DNA of 64,000 bases from Tubiluchus corallicola (Eukaryota; Animalia; Priapulida): assembly GCA_030141605.1 (NCBI GenBank), contig JAQGDQ010000107.1, positions 1-64,000 of the forward strand, given 5' to 3'. Position 1 is the first letter of the stretch. Every line of letters begins with the position of its first letter. Both the position numbers and the translations under genes were made by a program. A model generated the notes under the pieces. The model made no database searches, was not told the origin of the DNA, and saw only the letters and a program-made list of their open reading frames with translations. Positions 27,601 through 39,750 of the stretch are shown here, in pieces.

Positions 27601-30600
27601 ACTTTAAAGCAAAGATAATTATAATTAATTCATATATATCAATAGTATATTCATTCATTCTTACATAAACAATGCAAATTGTTTACCACAAACTGGATCT
27701 TCAGACGTTCCAATCCAGGGAAAAAAACTGCGGGAATAAAAGTCATAGCCGGAGTTGGCTGGAGCTTTAACCGTCAAGTGGACACCGTACAGTTTCATCA
27801 GGGATGTGTTAGCTGCAGGAAGAGCAAAAATATCCGGTGCCCTTGCTTCCAAGATCTCCCTGAAAATAAATGTCTCTTTATTGTTTTATCACGAATGACA
27901 GGATTAGCTTGTTGCTCACAGTGTCCTTAGCTGCAAAATTAAGCAACATGGGACCTTAAGCCACTGTTGGGCATATTTTCACTTCATCCACCAATAGCAT
28001 ACAGTGTTTCTGCTCAGAGCTTTTTACTTTCTGAAATGTTTTACCTAGCACCTTGTCAATATCTGTCGATGAAATAACTGACTGCAGCTTTCTTTTGCTG
28101 GGTAACACTAAAAAGTCACGCAGTTGTTCGTAATTGCAATGGGGAAATGACTCTATTGCAAAGCAATAATCAGACACTGTGAAAGTCTTATCACATAATA
28201 GTCGAAGCTGTCGTGTTAGAAATTTGAGCTTCTTGGCTTTAGCATTAACACTAGGAGATTGTTCTCGATTTTGAGCTAGTTCAAGTTCAAGAGACTTTGT
28301 CACTTTGTTGACAATATCATCAACATGATGAATGTGGTTGACAACAGAATTCACAACCGCGAAAAATTGTGAGTAAGAGGACAGTCCATTGTTCGGACTG
28401 AGGATTTTAATTAATGGCACACTGATCCCGTTTTTGAAAGCATACAGAGTAAGAGGGGAACACAAGGTAGGCTTATTGTGAACAATAATTGACATATAAC
28501 ATTGACTGTGGTCCTCTTCCATGAACATGCACACAAATTTGTCTTGTGCGCGAGATATAATGAGGTTCTGATACGTCTTATGCAGGTCTTTCTCAGGAGT
28601 GAATTCATTGAGATAAGTTATTTTATCCTTTTTAAAGAAATAATTCAGCTGCTGGTCCTCAGTTTTTGGAGGGCGAGGTGGTGGCTTTGGAGTGGGCAAG
28701 CATGATGTTGGAACGTTGAAAATACTGGGTGGATCCACTGGCTGGTGTGACCACCTGGAATTTTGACTATTTGAGTATCCGATGGCCAATGCTTTTCGCA
28801 AATGAAAAATTTCGATGGATCAACAACAAAGCCTTCGCGTGGGGGAAGAACACTTAGCCATTTCTGTTTTTCTACATGATCTCTTGGCAGTCTGAACACA
28901 CGACACTTGTTCTCCGTGTCATAGTTACCTTGTTAGGCATGCTGCTGAGCACAGATGTATAAAATCCACGAGAAATTTTGAAAATAATCCCAAAAGAAAC
29001 AAACACAAGCACGAAAACAACGCTTCACTTGACTTTGAACAATGACACATTAACAATGACAAAGCACTACTTCCGGTAAAACACACTTACGCCTAAAGTA
29101 GTGCGCTATTTAAGAAGTAAAAATGAACACTAATTTCCTTTGATACATAAAATAAACAATTGGAACTTTTCTCCCGTAATGTAAAGAACCAATTAAATGA
29201 AAAATAATACTCGCTATCTACCGATCCGTCCATTCTTTAATTTCCAAGATCACTACTCTCTAAAGCGCACTATTTCTAGATTACGTTCATTACAAGTATT
29301 GATCGCCTCCGCTGGCGGAATCAGAGATCTGACTGTGCACGTCCTGTTGTATAGTAGTCCTTGCCTGAAGGTAAAACACACACACACACATGAAGCCTTA
29401 TACTTACAACAATAATAACATCAATGACTAATGAATGAAAAATGAGACAATGAGAGAATGAACCCAACAATGGACTGAAACATAGTGTATTTTAAATTCT
29501 TTTTCATGTAAGTAGAACTCCTGCCAAAAGTTAAAAAGTAGACTGACTTCAGCTTTTGTTAATTGATTTCTGCACATAACTGTACATATCCCATAATTCA
29601 ATGGGGAGTGTGATGTATTAGCAACTTAATAGACCAAATTTTAAGTTAAATAAATAAAACAGGACTTTATAGCAAACAAATAAACAAACATACACAAACA
29701 CACTTCATAGAAATAGAGATTAATTGCAGATTTGTGCAATTTGCAGCAATTTTATAGTATGTATAATAACATGAAAGCAAATGAAAAGTGCAAAACGAAT
29801 GACACACGACAAACCAAATAAAAAATTATCAACATGCACACCTGGACACAGAATCTTGAAGACACACAATCATTTGTTGTATAACAGGAGCATACTCCAC
29901 ATCAACAATAGGTAAATCTCCAACAAGTACCTGTATTATAAAAAACATTCACGTAAGATTCTACAGTGTATTAAAGTTTGGACCAAAATACTTTTTACAA
30001 AGAAGAATTTAGATGACTTGACTGTTGCAAGAATGTTGATATTTTGTCGCACTGCTTTTGAGAGTAATGAAGCATTCATACTAGCAAATTTTCTCGCCAA
30101 GTAACTCGCAAGCACGTTCAGACTAAAGAACAAAATTCTCCAGCATGAAGTAAACACCAGCTGATACTCCTCCTCTATTCACTGGGAGCAGTGTCAAGAG
30201 TAACTCGCTGAGACTGTTCACACTAAACAGGAAATCATTTCGTAGCAACTGTCTGAAAGTGTGCAATGACTTGTCGATAGTAACTCGCAAAGCAGTTCAC
30301 ACTTGCAAGTTTGGTGTTAGAGAAAAACTCCCAACAGAAAACTCGCTAGTCTGAATGCACCCTTAGTTTTATCATAGCGGCATTGTCTCGTATCTTTAAT
30401 CTGTGGATTTCTAAATTTAATGCACAGAATGTCAGGTTAGTAATTGTGATAGTTGTTTGCTAAACTTCAACTAGTCCTATTGTAGGAGTGCTATGCAATC
30501 TAGAATCACCGAAAAGAGTGATATGATATACTTTACTATATTATGTAACAGTGTGTGTGTGTGGGTGTGTGCGTGCGTGTGCATGCATGCACGGGTGTGT

Positions 30601-33600
30601 AACAGCCAGTAAAAAGAAACAATAAAGTAACAGCAAGCGCTTCACTGCCACCATTACTGTAACCACCCCACCCCGTCCCACCTTTGAATAATTTCCATGC
30701 TCCTCTCATGCTGTCCCCCTCTTCAGGTAAATTCAAAAACTGAATAGGGTTAATTAAAACACCAAAAAATTGTCATAAAAGGCAAGAAAGCCCTTTACTT
30801 ACATAAAGCTAGAAAATGTGTCTTTTCTATTTACATGAGTATTGCAGGCAAGAAAGCCCTTTACTTACATAAAGCTAGAAAATGTGTCTTTTCTATTTAC
30901 AAGAGTATTGCAGGCAAGAAAGCCCTTTACTTACATAAAGCTAGAAAATGTGTCTTTTCTATTTACATGAGTATTGCAGGCAAGAAAGCCCTTTACTTAC
31001 ATAAAGCTAGAAAATGTGTCTTTTCTATTTACATGAGTATTGCAGGCAAGAAAGCCCTTTACTTACATAAAGCTAGAAAATGTGTCTTTTCTATTTACAT
31101 GAGTATTGCAGGCAAGAAAGCGTAATACTAAGTAATACAAGTAAGATAATACTAAGTAATATGCCTTCAAAAAAGTCTGTGCAAAGCTGCAATTTAGCTA
31201 TTGACCAAAAAAACAGCCCATATGATACATTTGAAAAACATGGCCAGCACACACAGTTAAAACGAGTAAGCCTGGAAATTTCCTAAAATACATAAATATA
31301 CCAAGGTGTCAGAATGTCTTCCAAACTGTCAACCACCTACCTGCTAAAAGCTTCAATGATAAAATTACTTACAACAAAAACCCAAGCAAACTTGTTTTAC
31401 AGCTCATTCAAAAGAGTAGGTACCTTTAAAAGCTCTTTCACATTTTCCTTGTTAACACTAATAGTTGGATTAGCAGGAAAATCAAGCAGAATCATATTGT
31501 CCTCTTTTTTTCTGGCAACAAGTGGTCCACTCAGCGTATCAAATGTAATCTCTGTAAATTCGTTACCTGTAATAATTTACATAGCTGTAGATATATTCAC
31601 TAGCTGCCTTTTAATTTCAGACCTGCCTATCATAATGATTATCAATTTCACAAATATTTAGAGCCTAATCGTAGCATTAGTGGATTAGCAATACAATCAA
31701 ATATTGCAATGCCTAATTGTAATTTCATTATTTGAATAGAATATGGTTTAGAATATGGTTAACAGGCACTATTTTTCTTTTCCAATTTTTTAAAGTGCAG
31801 ATAAAAAGAAGGGAAAGCTGACAGTCTCCTAAGAAAATGCCAAATATGATGAGAACTGAAAACAGCGGAATGCTTTAAGTCCTAAAATGCAAAAAAAGGC
31901 ACACAATCTCCAAGCAATAGAAGAAAAAAAAGCAAAACTGCATGGAAGCTTATTTGAAGTAAACACATTAGCACACAAATAAATTCACAGTGAATTCGTT
32001 TGGTATTAGGTTGGCAAATAAAAACTCCCTGATTTTCAAGACAACGTGAAAAATACTTATGGGATCGCCATAGAAGCCAGAGCCGTACCGCTTCAGCTCA
32101 GCTCCAGCCGGTTTATTTCTACAGTCGACCTAGCCGATAAGAAACCCAGCTTTAGTCGTGCCAGCCGCTCGGTGACGGAAGTCGAGGTAGCTGACATTTT
32201 TGCCGGCTGTGATGATTTTTGCTCTTGCGAAAAAGTCACTGGCATAGCAGTGTCCAGTTTTTGTTAGATTACTGCTGTGTTTACCTGTTTTGAGGACAGA
32301 TTTCTATTATTTTAGAATTTTGCCTGCCCAATGTCTAGAAATAATGTAACAGGCTTATGATGATGATGAAATCACTGGTTGCAATGCGGTCATATTGTAC
32401 GTGTGCTGGCAGAGATACTAAACTTCAGAAATTTTTGAATGAGAAAGCAGTCAATTCAAAATTAAATAAAATGCACAAATAGGCAACATTAGCCACAGGT
32501 ATGGGATCATTTTGGTGTTTAGTATTGATTTGTTGGTAATCCAGATAAGCCTTGCCAAGGGTTGGATTTAAATTATATTTTCAATAAATCCATTGCTAGA
32601 GTTGCCAGATTATAAGCCAGGAGATTTTTTTAACATCGCGAGTACATAAATTATGAGAGATATATGGCATATAAAGGGGCGTGCTGTCGAATCACTTAAA
32701 CCAGTTCACAAATAGAACTATTCAAACTAACACTAAATTGTTGCTGCAGGACATAAGAATCACAATCTGTCATTCGTAATGGTGAACTCCAGTAAGTAAG
32801 CCACTGAAGGAGTAATCATAAGTGTCAATTCCTGAACCAAGTTCACTTAGGAAAATTTAGGTTTTGGTCAACTTGGCCTAGTGTTTATGCAGCACAGTGG
32901 CGGTTGTGTATAAGTATCAGAACTGCAGCGCCCCCTATTTTCACTCAATATTATCGATAATATTCAATACAATAAGTCTTTTTTCTTTAGTTCTTTCTTT
33001 ATACTTGTACGGAACCAGAGCACATGATGGTGCTGCACTGCTAGCATCTGCAGTAAGGTAGAGAAAGTACTGTCACTCACACAGTTGTCAGTTGTCACGT
33101 TCTTAAAAACCATGTACCGGCATATTCTTGAACTGCAGCAATTTAGGCTATTCGTAAGCAAAGATTTTTTTGTTTAGGATTTTATCAAGTTTACGTATGT
33201 TTTTGTATGCTTGTTTGTTTAAAATTACAATTACAACATTAAAATTACTTCAGCCGAGCTAGCTGATTTACTATGTGAGTGTCAGATGATTTAGTAGCAA
33301 CTGACTCAGTTTCAGCCGAGTTAGCTGATTTACTGTGAGTGTCAGCTGATTTAGTAGCAACTGACTCAGTTTCAGCCGAGCTAGCTGATTTACTGTGTGA
33401 CTCAGCTGATTTAGTAGCAACTGACTCAGCTTCAGCTTCTAGATTTACATTTCTGTCCTGCTTAGCAAATTTACCAACACAAGAGAAAAGCACCGTGGCA
33501 GCAGCAAGAGTGGAATGACCGCACAGTTGGAATTCGCAGGCAGGGGTAAACCATCGTAGACCAAAACGGGAAGAATTCTTGAACGAATCGTTTTCTGTTG

Positions 33601-34579
33601 GCAGTGCAATGAAACCGGTTATCGGCAAGTTCATTTCGAAAGCAATTTTTTGCATTTTTGCATCGTCGATTACCTAAAATAGAATAACCGAAGGACTATA
33701 TACATCACAATGTCTACAGCCATTTAATAATATAACCCAAGAAATGCAGATTACACCACAATTCAACTAATAAAAACAACACAGCTTTTGGGCAGTTTGG
33801 GATACATTTTGAACATATAACATATCTGCTGTTTTGTACAGTTCAAATAATACACAGAATATCTATTCTAATTGCAAAAAGAAACTACAAAGCCTCAGTA
33901 GAGACGGAAACAACAACAACAACAAAATGCATTTTCTGCATTGATACTCATTGTAATTCTCACTTAAAATTATACTAACGCTTTATGAAAAACACCTACT
34001 GTTATAATAGATCCAAATACAAACATAACTGAAAGGCACAGTCACCATTATCCTGACATTATTATGACTGATGTTATAAGTTTAATTGATTACAAATTGA
34101 TTTCAGCTGTGACCAAATGGACACTTTTATTTTCATCTAACTTGTTAAATTTGTTTCAATATTTCTAAAAGGAAACCAGTGATTTTTATTATGCAAGCCT
34201 GTGATTTAAATATTATAATATAATGATTTATTTATTGTAACACAGTAGATTAATTGAGTTAATCGCATAAATAAATAACAAGAAACATTATCAGTTAGTA
34301 GTTAAAAACTCGTATCTTTACATAAATAAGAGTGCGATTAAGCCACATACATTGACTTTGATTTTGTGCTATAGGATCACAAGTTATTTGCAGTGAAGAA
34401 CAGTGCAATAAAAATAGCTGACAACAGATTAAGACGAAAAGTTTGTTAATGACAGATCATTAATTTACCTGATTGTGTGACACTAGACATACAACAGTAG
34501 CATTTCCAGCAAATGCCTGGCTTGTGAAAGCATCCACCACATATAAAGGCAACGTGCATCCCTTATTTAAACTTGTCAT
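24610..34579 (-). CDS. PBLD: PBLD/PhzF-family isomerase, tandem copy C (complete, 296 aa, divergent active-site loops)
   Basis: Exons 34469-34579, 33475-33673 (EMNLPITGF...LCGHST), 31424-31566, 29842-29930, 27687-27859 (YSRSFFPWIGTSEDPVCG), 26202-26264 and 24610-24722 (...VIEGKIYL*). Same exon sizes as copy B, no stops or frameshifts. Confidence 0.92.
27957..29354 (-). mobile_element. Truncated, frameshifted THAP9/P-element-like DNA transposon in PBLD-C intron 4
   Basis: Degenerate THAP domain (GNY...VFRLP...KW...PR...ICEKHW; N-terminal CxxxxC missing), followed by the P-element transposase-like LPSKRKL...CMLLVDE. Cut off at 27957. Confidence 0.8.
30780..31120. repeat. 66-bp minisatellite, 5 copies, in PBLD-C intron 3
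   Basis: Unit aggcaagaaagccctttacttacataaagctagaaaatgtgtcttttctatttacatgagtattgc; single copy in A and B (1431-1508). Confidence 0.95.
32597..33247 (+). mobile_element. Partial hAT-like composite MITE, highly similar to 47711-48190
   Basis: Starts TAGAGTTGCCAGATT and includes the left part of a nested CAGTGGCGG element. Shorter remnants at 2989-3190 and 17376-17580. Confidence 0.7.
33249..33440. repeat. 60-62-bp tandem repeat, 3 copies, in PBLD-C intron 2
   Basis: ttcagccgag at 33249, 33311 and 33371; single diverged copy in A and B (about 3192-3250). Confidence 0.9.
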
Positions 34580-34674
34580 CTTGGTCTGTTGAGTAGAAAC
34601 AAAATGCAAATATGAAGCTAGAAATTTTTAATCTAGTATGTTGTCTGTATCGTATTACTTAATATACAAGTTAG

Positions 34675-35029
34675 TGTTGTGTTTAGTTTCTCTCGAAAGG
34701 CTCGTAGAGAAAACCAGAAAACACGCCGTCAAATAAAACTGCTTTATTTAGCGAGAATTCTACTATACAAAAGATGAAGGAACGTTGAAATGATTACAAT
34801 AAACGTGAAAATCTGGAAAACGTTTAAGTAAGTATAAATGCGTAAGTATAAGTCCGTGTTAGATCTGCGTGCGATCCCCTGTCGGCAGCCTGCTTCGCCT
34901 TATATAGCGCACTGCAGAAACTTCTGGAACAAATGTTCGAGAACAATCCAGACGCTAAAGCGGTCATCCCGACAGAACATTCTACGACGTTCTGTGCAAT
35001 TCTACTTGACGTCAGCGATCTCCACAACA
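34675..35029 (-). mobile_element. Solo LTR (355 bp) just upstream of the PBLD-C start exon
   Basis: TGTTGTG...CACAACA inverted termini and a perfect 5-bp TSD GTTAG (34670-34674, 35030-35034). Empty site in A and B (catgttagatcata, about 4487). Minus-strand TATATAA at about 34900 and AATAAA at 34743-34748. Confidence 0.88.
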
Positions 35030-36719
35030 GTTAGATCGTAAACATCTACCAAAAAACTTAAAACATTTAACACTTCACCTAATGATTTCAGACGCCTTAA
35101 GCCTGATTTTTGCACTCTGACTGCACTCAGTGCAATGTTCTAATTTTAAACTTCCAAAAGTTCAAAGAGGTGCTGTTATGTGGATCACGACATTTCTAAA
35201 GTTGACATACTTAAAAATGTAAATTATATTTATGTTCTAGTGGGCATGGTAATGATAAACAGACAAAAAATAATGATGAGCAAATTAAATCGCTGGAAAT
35301 ACCACTTGTGATAACATATGCAGGTAATCAATTGTGGAGCTATGTGCACATGTATTCTATCTATGAACGTATGTTATGTATGTACGGCGTGTATGCGGCA
35401 TGTACTTCTGGATTCTTAGCATACTGCTGGTTTGAGTTGAGCATTGGGGTGAGCATGTAATCTGTGTCGTGTAGCAAACTGATACAGCGTATTTGTAAAG
35501 GCAAACTTCAATAGCCAGAAACGAATGTTACTCTACATACTAATTATTCAGATCTTTATGAGAACAGGACATCTGTGTACTCTACTTTGTAATCCCTTTC
35601 CTCTCCCTCTGTATAAGGCAATCGTCCTAAACACCTTTCGACAGTCTTTTATTATTCAGGTCTGAGTCAGGCTTCAATTTGGCAGACACTGATTACACTA
35701 CTAGCTCATATGCACAAGCTATTGCACTGTTTTATGTCAATGACTATACAAAAATGAAGAACAAATACTATGTTACAAATAAACATTTTGAAAAACCAGC
35801 ATAAATATTTATTAATGAAGTGTTACAATCCCAATCAATGACGAAGATGTATATGAAGTATATGTACTATCTGTTGAAATGTCTGATGAATGCTAGGAGT
35901 GGGAGGGATGGGGGCATATATAGCACAGAAACTTATAAAAACTACAAAATCGTAAACTTTCAGTAATGTTTTAGTTTAACATTTGTATCACTAGATTGTT
36001 GTTGATGCACTGTCGCTGTTAAAATGTGGATATCTGAATGTAAATGTGTGAACATTATATTATAGTACTTACTCATTCCTAAGGCGGAATTAATCAAATA
36101 GCCTATCGTTAAACCTAATTACGACTCTCATATTTAATAACGTAGCACAATTATGTTAAAGAACCGCTTAATTAACGCGAATTAGTAGGTCAGATGAGAG
36201 CAGATCAATCATACTTGTTATTTACCTTATTCACCTTGATTGTAATTTCACCACAGATTTGACAATGGAAATTATTCAAGTTTATTACGACACTGATCTA
36301 GTTTAATGATCGGTAGGTTCTTTTCACGGTCTGTACAGTTTAAGCGCTACTAAATCTCAGCTGGACGTTTCTCAATGTTCGAAGACAATTAAAGCAAATA
36401 AAGGCCCAAGCATTATTTCTGACACTTGTTTAAACTGTTTTAAATATGTGCTTATATGTGCTTGACCCTCGTATTTACCTAAACACAGTAACTGCACAAT
36501 TCCTTACTAATGTTTATCAATCAGATTTTTTTTAATACTAAAGGTCATGAAAAATAAAATGTGTTTATATAAAACCTCAACTGCTGAATTTTGGTATCAA
36601 ACTTGACTACACTGAGCCTGGGTTTGAATCAGTGACCCACTAGGCAGTCAGAATTCTAAAATAAAAGATGGTCTTCAAAGTCTCTTCCATCTGTTGTAGA
36701 CATTGAGGCATTACCATTC

Positions 36720-37650
36720 ATTAGAGCATTCCATCTACTCCTATCTGCAGCTAGTGCGGTAAGTTCTTCTACTCCTAAAGATAAATGGGTTAAAGTTATT
36801 GAACATCTTTATTTATCTTACTTAGCTGTCCACGTTGTTTTTCATTTGACATATGGTTTTTTGCAAGGTTCTTTAAGGATTCCTTTAAGGCAATTCTTAC
36901 TTATGCTTTACTTGGTAATTAGAGAACATATGCTAGCCATCTTGATGTTCGGAGCTCGACTTTTGGACTAAAGTCGTTTGAACCAAGGAATATTAAAATA
37001 TGTTCGTCGTCGTTTCTGTGCTGCTATGTTCTAAAAATAACACGGCCCATCTCACTTGTTGATGCCACGCATTATGCACTGCTGCCACCAAACCAAAGCA
37101 ATCTTCTTACTTGTATTTGTTTACTCCAAGGATTCTTCTTCACCACATTATACTGATCATCAAACGCTATCGATAAATTTAAAATGAATATGAGAAGGGA
37201 CCTTAACGAGTTGAACTCTAGGTCCTGATGTCATTGTAAAAAAGACTGTAAAGCAGATATTCAGTCAGGCCATTTAATTGCGAGTAATTTCTATAGAGAT
37301 GTCTTTGAAAAGTGCCAATTTCCTTCTGTTACTTAAATTTTATTGCCCATAGGTCAACACTGTACAAAAACACAGATTCAACTAAGATGAAAGGATCTGG
37401 GCTTTGGTTTCAAGAGACAGTCTATTGTTTTCAAAAACCGTTGACATCTGTATAATCAGACAATGTAAGAAATTTCCTTCTTTGTATGTCAGCTTCGGTG
37501 TCTAACAAGCCACCAAAGTATTTACATCATTTCCATGAATAATTACCTCCTCTTCGAATATGGTATTCTTCAGTCTTTCTATTGCTGACTTTAAGATTAT
37601 ATTTTTCTAAACGGCAGCTGATCGTACATTCTGCATCTTGTAATTCCTCT
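36720..37650 (-). mobile_element. Old decayed RTE-clade LINE (RT 3' half)
   Basis: Manual translation with stops and shifts gives NLKVSNRKTEEYHI..CKYFGGLLDTEADIQRRK..SLETK..VESVFLY..LW..RWLAYVL..AADRSRW, homologous to the adjacent ORF 37681-38778. Confidence 0.75.
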
Positions 37651-37651
37651 A

Positions 37652-39750
37652 TGTCATCATCATCATCATGATCCAATGAATCACACATCCAGTGACATGA
37701 TTCTGTTCACCTCCCTATGCCAGGACTCCCTGCTCGCCGCAATGCCCCAAGTAGATTTATTTCTAAGGATCAATGCTAAAGTGTTTAAATCTTTTTGTGC
37801 AAAATCTAAATATGTTAACATTTGTCCTCCTGCAGGTTTTTTAGCTGGTTCTATGGCTTGTTGAAGAGCTATCTTCACTGGAGTATCATCAGGTAGTCTA
37901 AGCATATGCCCAATCCATCTTAAACGGCGTCTTTTTATTTTTCTTGTCCAAGGTTCTTCTTTTATTGTTTCATATAGATCTTTGTTTGAAATTTTCTTTG
38001 GCCATCTAATACCCAACATGTTTTTGTAATTTCGCCTTTGAAACGCATCGATTTCAGCTTTATGATTTGCTTTTAATGTCCAGAGCTCAGAGTTATATAG
38101 AAATACAGTTTCAACTAAGGCTGAGAATATTCTAATTTTTGTTTCCAAAGAAATTTTTTTAAGTTTTGAGTAAACTGATAATGCCATTATCTTCCGTCTT
38201 GATATGTCGTCTTCTGTTGTCAGCAGACTACCGAGATACTTGCATCTTTGCCATGATTCATCACCATGGCGTGTTATGTGAAACTCTTCAGTTTTATTTT
38301 TGTTTACAATGAGATCCATTCTGTTCAGTTTCTCCTCTATTGAGTTTTTTATTTCATCTACGTCTTCTTTGTTTCTTGTAATCCATGCCACATCATCAGC
38401 ATACTGCATAGATATAGTAGTTGACTTACTTTGTAGAGAACTGTAACTGCATTCTTGTCTTACTTCATTCGGTATTAATTCAGGATCAAGAATTGTGTAG
38501 TTGTGATCTTCTAGGTCTTTCAATGGTATAACTTTGTCCTCAGTGAGAGCTATGGCAAGATATAAAGTGAAAAGTACAGGGCTTAGGCAGTCACCCTGAG
38601 GTACTCCTTTGTCTGTAGAAAACGGCTGACTCAATTTCCCTTCACACCTGACTTGAATTAATAAATTTTCTAACATTATACTTATGATGTATATTTCATC
38701 AGGTTCAAGGATTTCTTCCAGGCAGCATAGCAGAGTTTTTCTCCGCACACAATCAAAGGCCTTTGACATATCGATCATGAATATGTATTGAGTAATCAGC
38801 AGAAGAGATGGCTTTTCCGGCTAGTAATTTACAGGCTTGTACTAATTCAGTAGTATTCCGTCCTGGTTGATATGCTGCTTGGCTTGTTGGAATGTAAGTG
38901 TGTAACCTGTCATAGATCCTAGTCAACATACAGTGGCGACCAAACTATATAAATCAATCGTTCGTCCTATTCTGGATTATGGTGATGTGATTTGGAGCCC
39001 AAATCGTCAAGACATGATAAGAAAAATTGAAAGTATACAACGTCGAGCTACTAGACTTGTACCTGCCATTTCTCATTTACCGTATGTTGCAAGACTTAAG
39101 ATTCTCGGCCTTACAACTCTGAAATACAGACGCAAAAGACAAGATTTAATCCAAACATTCCGTATTCTTAAAGGCATAGAAACCATCAACAGTGAAATAT
39201 TTTTTCACCGACAGACATATCATGGTACCAGAGGTCACTCCTACAAAATCAAGAAGAGAACAGTTCCCAAAAGGTGGAACAGAAGAAGATTCACATTCGC
39301 AAGGCGAGTAATTAATGAGTGGAACAAGCTGCCTGACCATGTAATACAAGCACCCAATCCTGCCCAGTTTAAGTCTCGTCTCCATAGATTTTGGAAAAAC
39401 AATGCTGAAAAATATATAGACCCCAGGTTGCCACAATGGCAACAAGAAACCCTATGCTTCGCTTCGTGATCGTAGTGTCGCCACCCATTATGTATTCTTA
39501 ATATTGACAAAGTAAACAAGGAAGAGTGGAGAGGTTTATAAGCTATGTATGCTTAACCTCTATCCTTCGACGGTAACGGTACAGATCTTCCTTAGTATAG
39601 TAGTGTAAGCAACATCAATGGTCTAAGATTTTATATAGGACCTCGTTTCTTACCTGGCTTGGGTAAAGGGATAAGTATTCCTTTATGAATATCCTGCGGA
39701 AATGTGCCTGTTTTTAAAATATTGTTTAGAATTTCAGCAATTTCTGCACG
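37652..39750 (-). mobile_element. 5'-truncated RTE-clade LINE (reverse transcriptase) with (GAT)n tail, split by a CR1 insertion
   Basis: ORF 37681-38778: DMSKAFD, GVPQGDCLSPVLF, YADD, KYLG, RRRLRWIGHMLR, AASRESW. The RT N-terminal part continues at 38780-38920 (QAAYQPGRNTTE) and 39583-39750 (GILIPLPKPGK..LRP). Confidence 0.9.
38921..39581 (+). mobile_element. 5'-truncated CR1-clade LINE nested in the RTE element
   Basis: LYKSIVRPILDY..IWSP..IESIQRRATRLVP..YVARL..L.LTTL..RR...DLI..TRGHS.K..RVINEWNKLP..FKSRL; 3' stem-loop and ACGGTA repeat tail. Confidence 0.9.

Noticed and set aside
30780-31120. Regular repeats resembling a CRISPR array
   Set aside because: Head-to-tail identical units without unique spacers, no cas genes, eukaryotic intron.
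33245-33474. Ser/Ala-rich extension of ORF 33245-33655
   Set aside because: Read-through past the conserved exon 2 donor into an intronic 60-bp repeat.
9738-34579. Horizontal transfer of a bacterial phenazine gene
   Set aside because: Intron-rich, colinear with animal PBLD, and no other phz genes are present.
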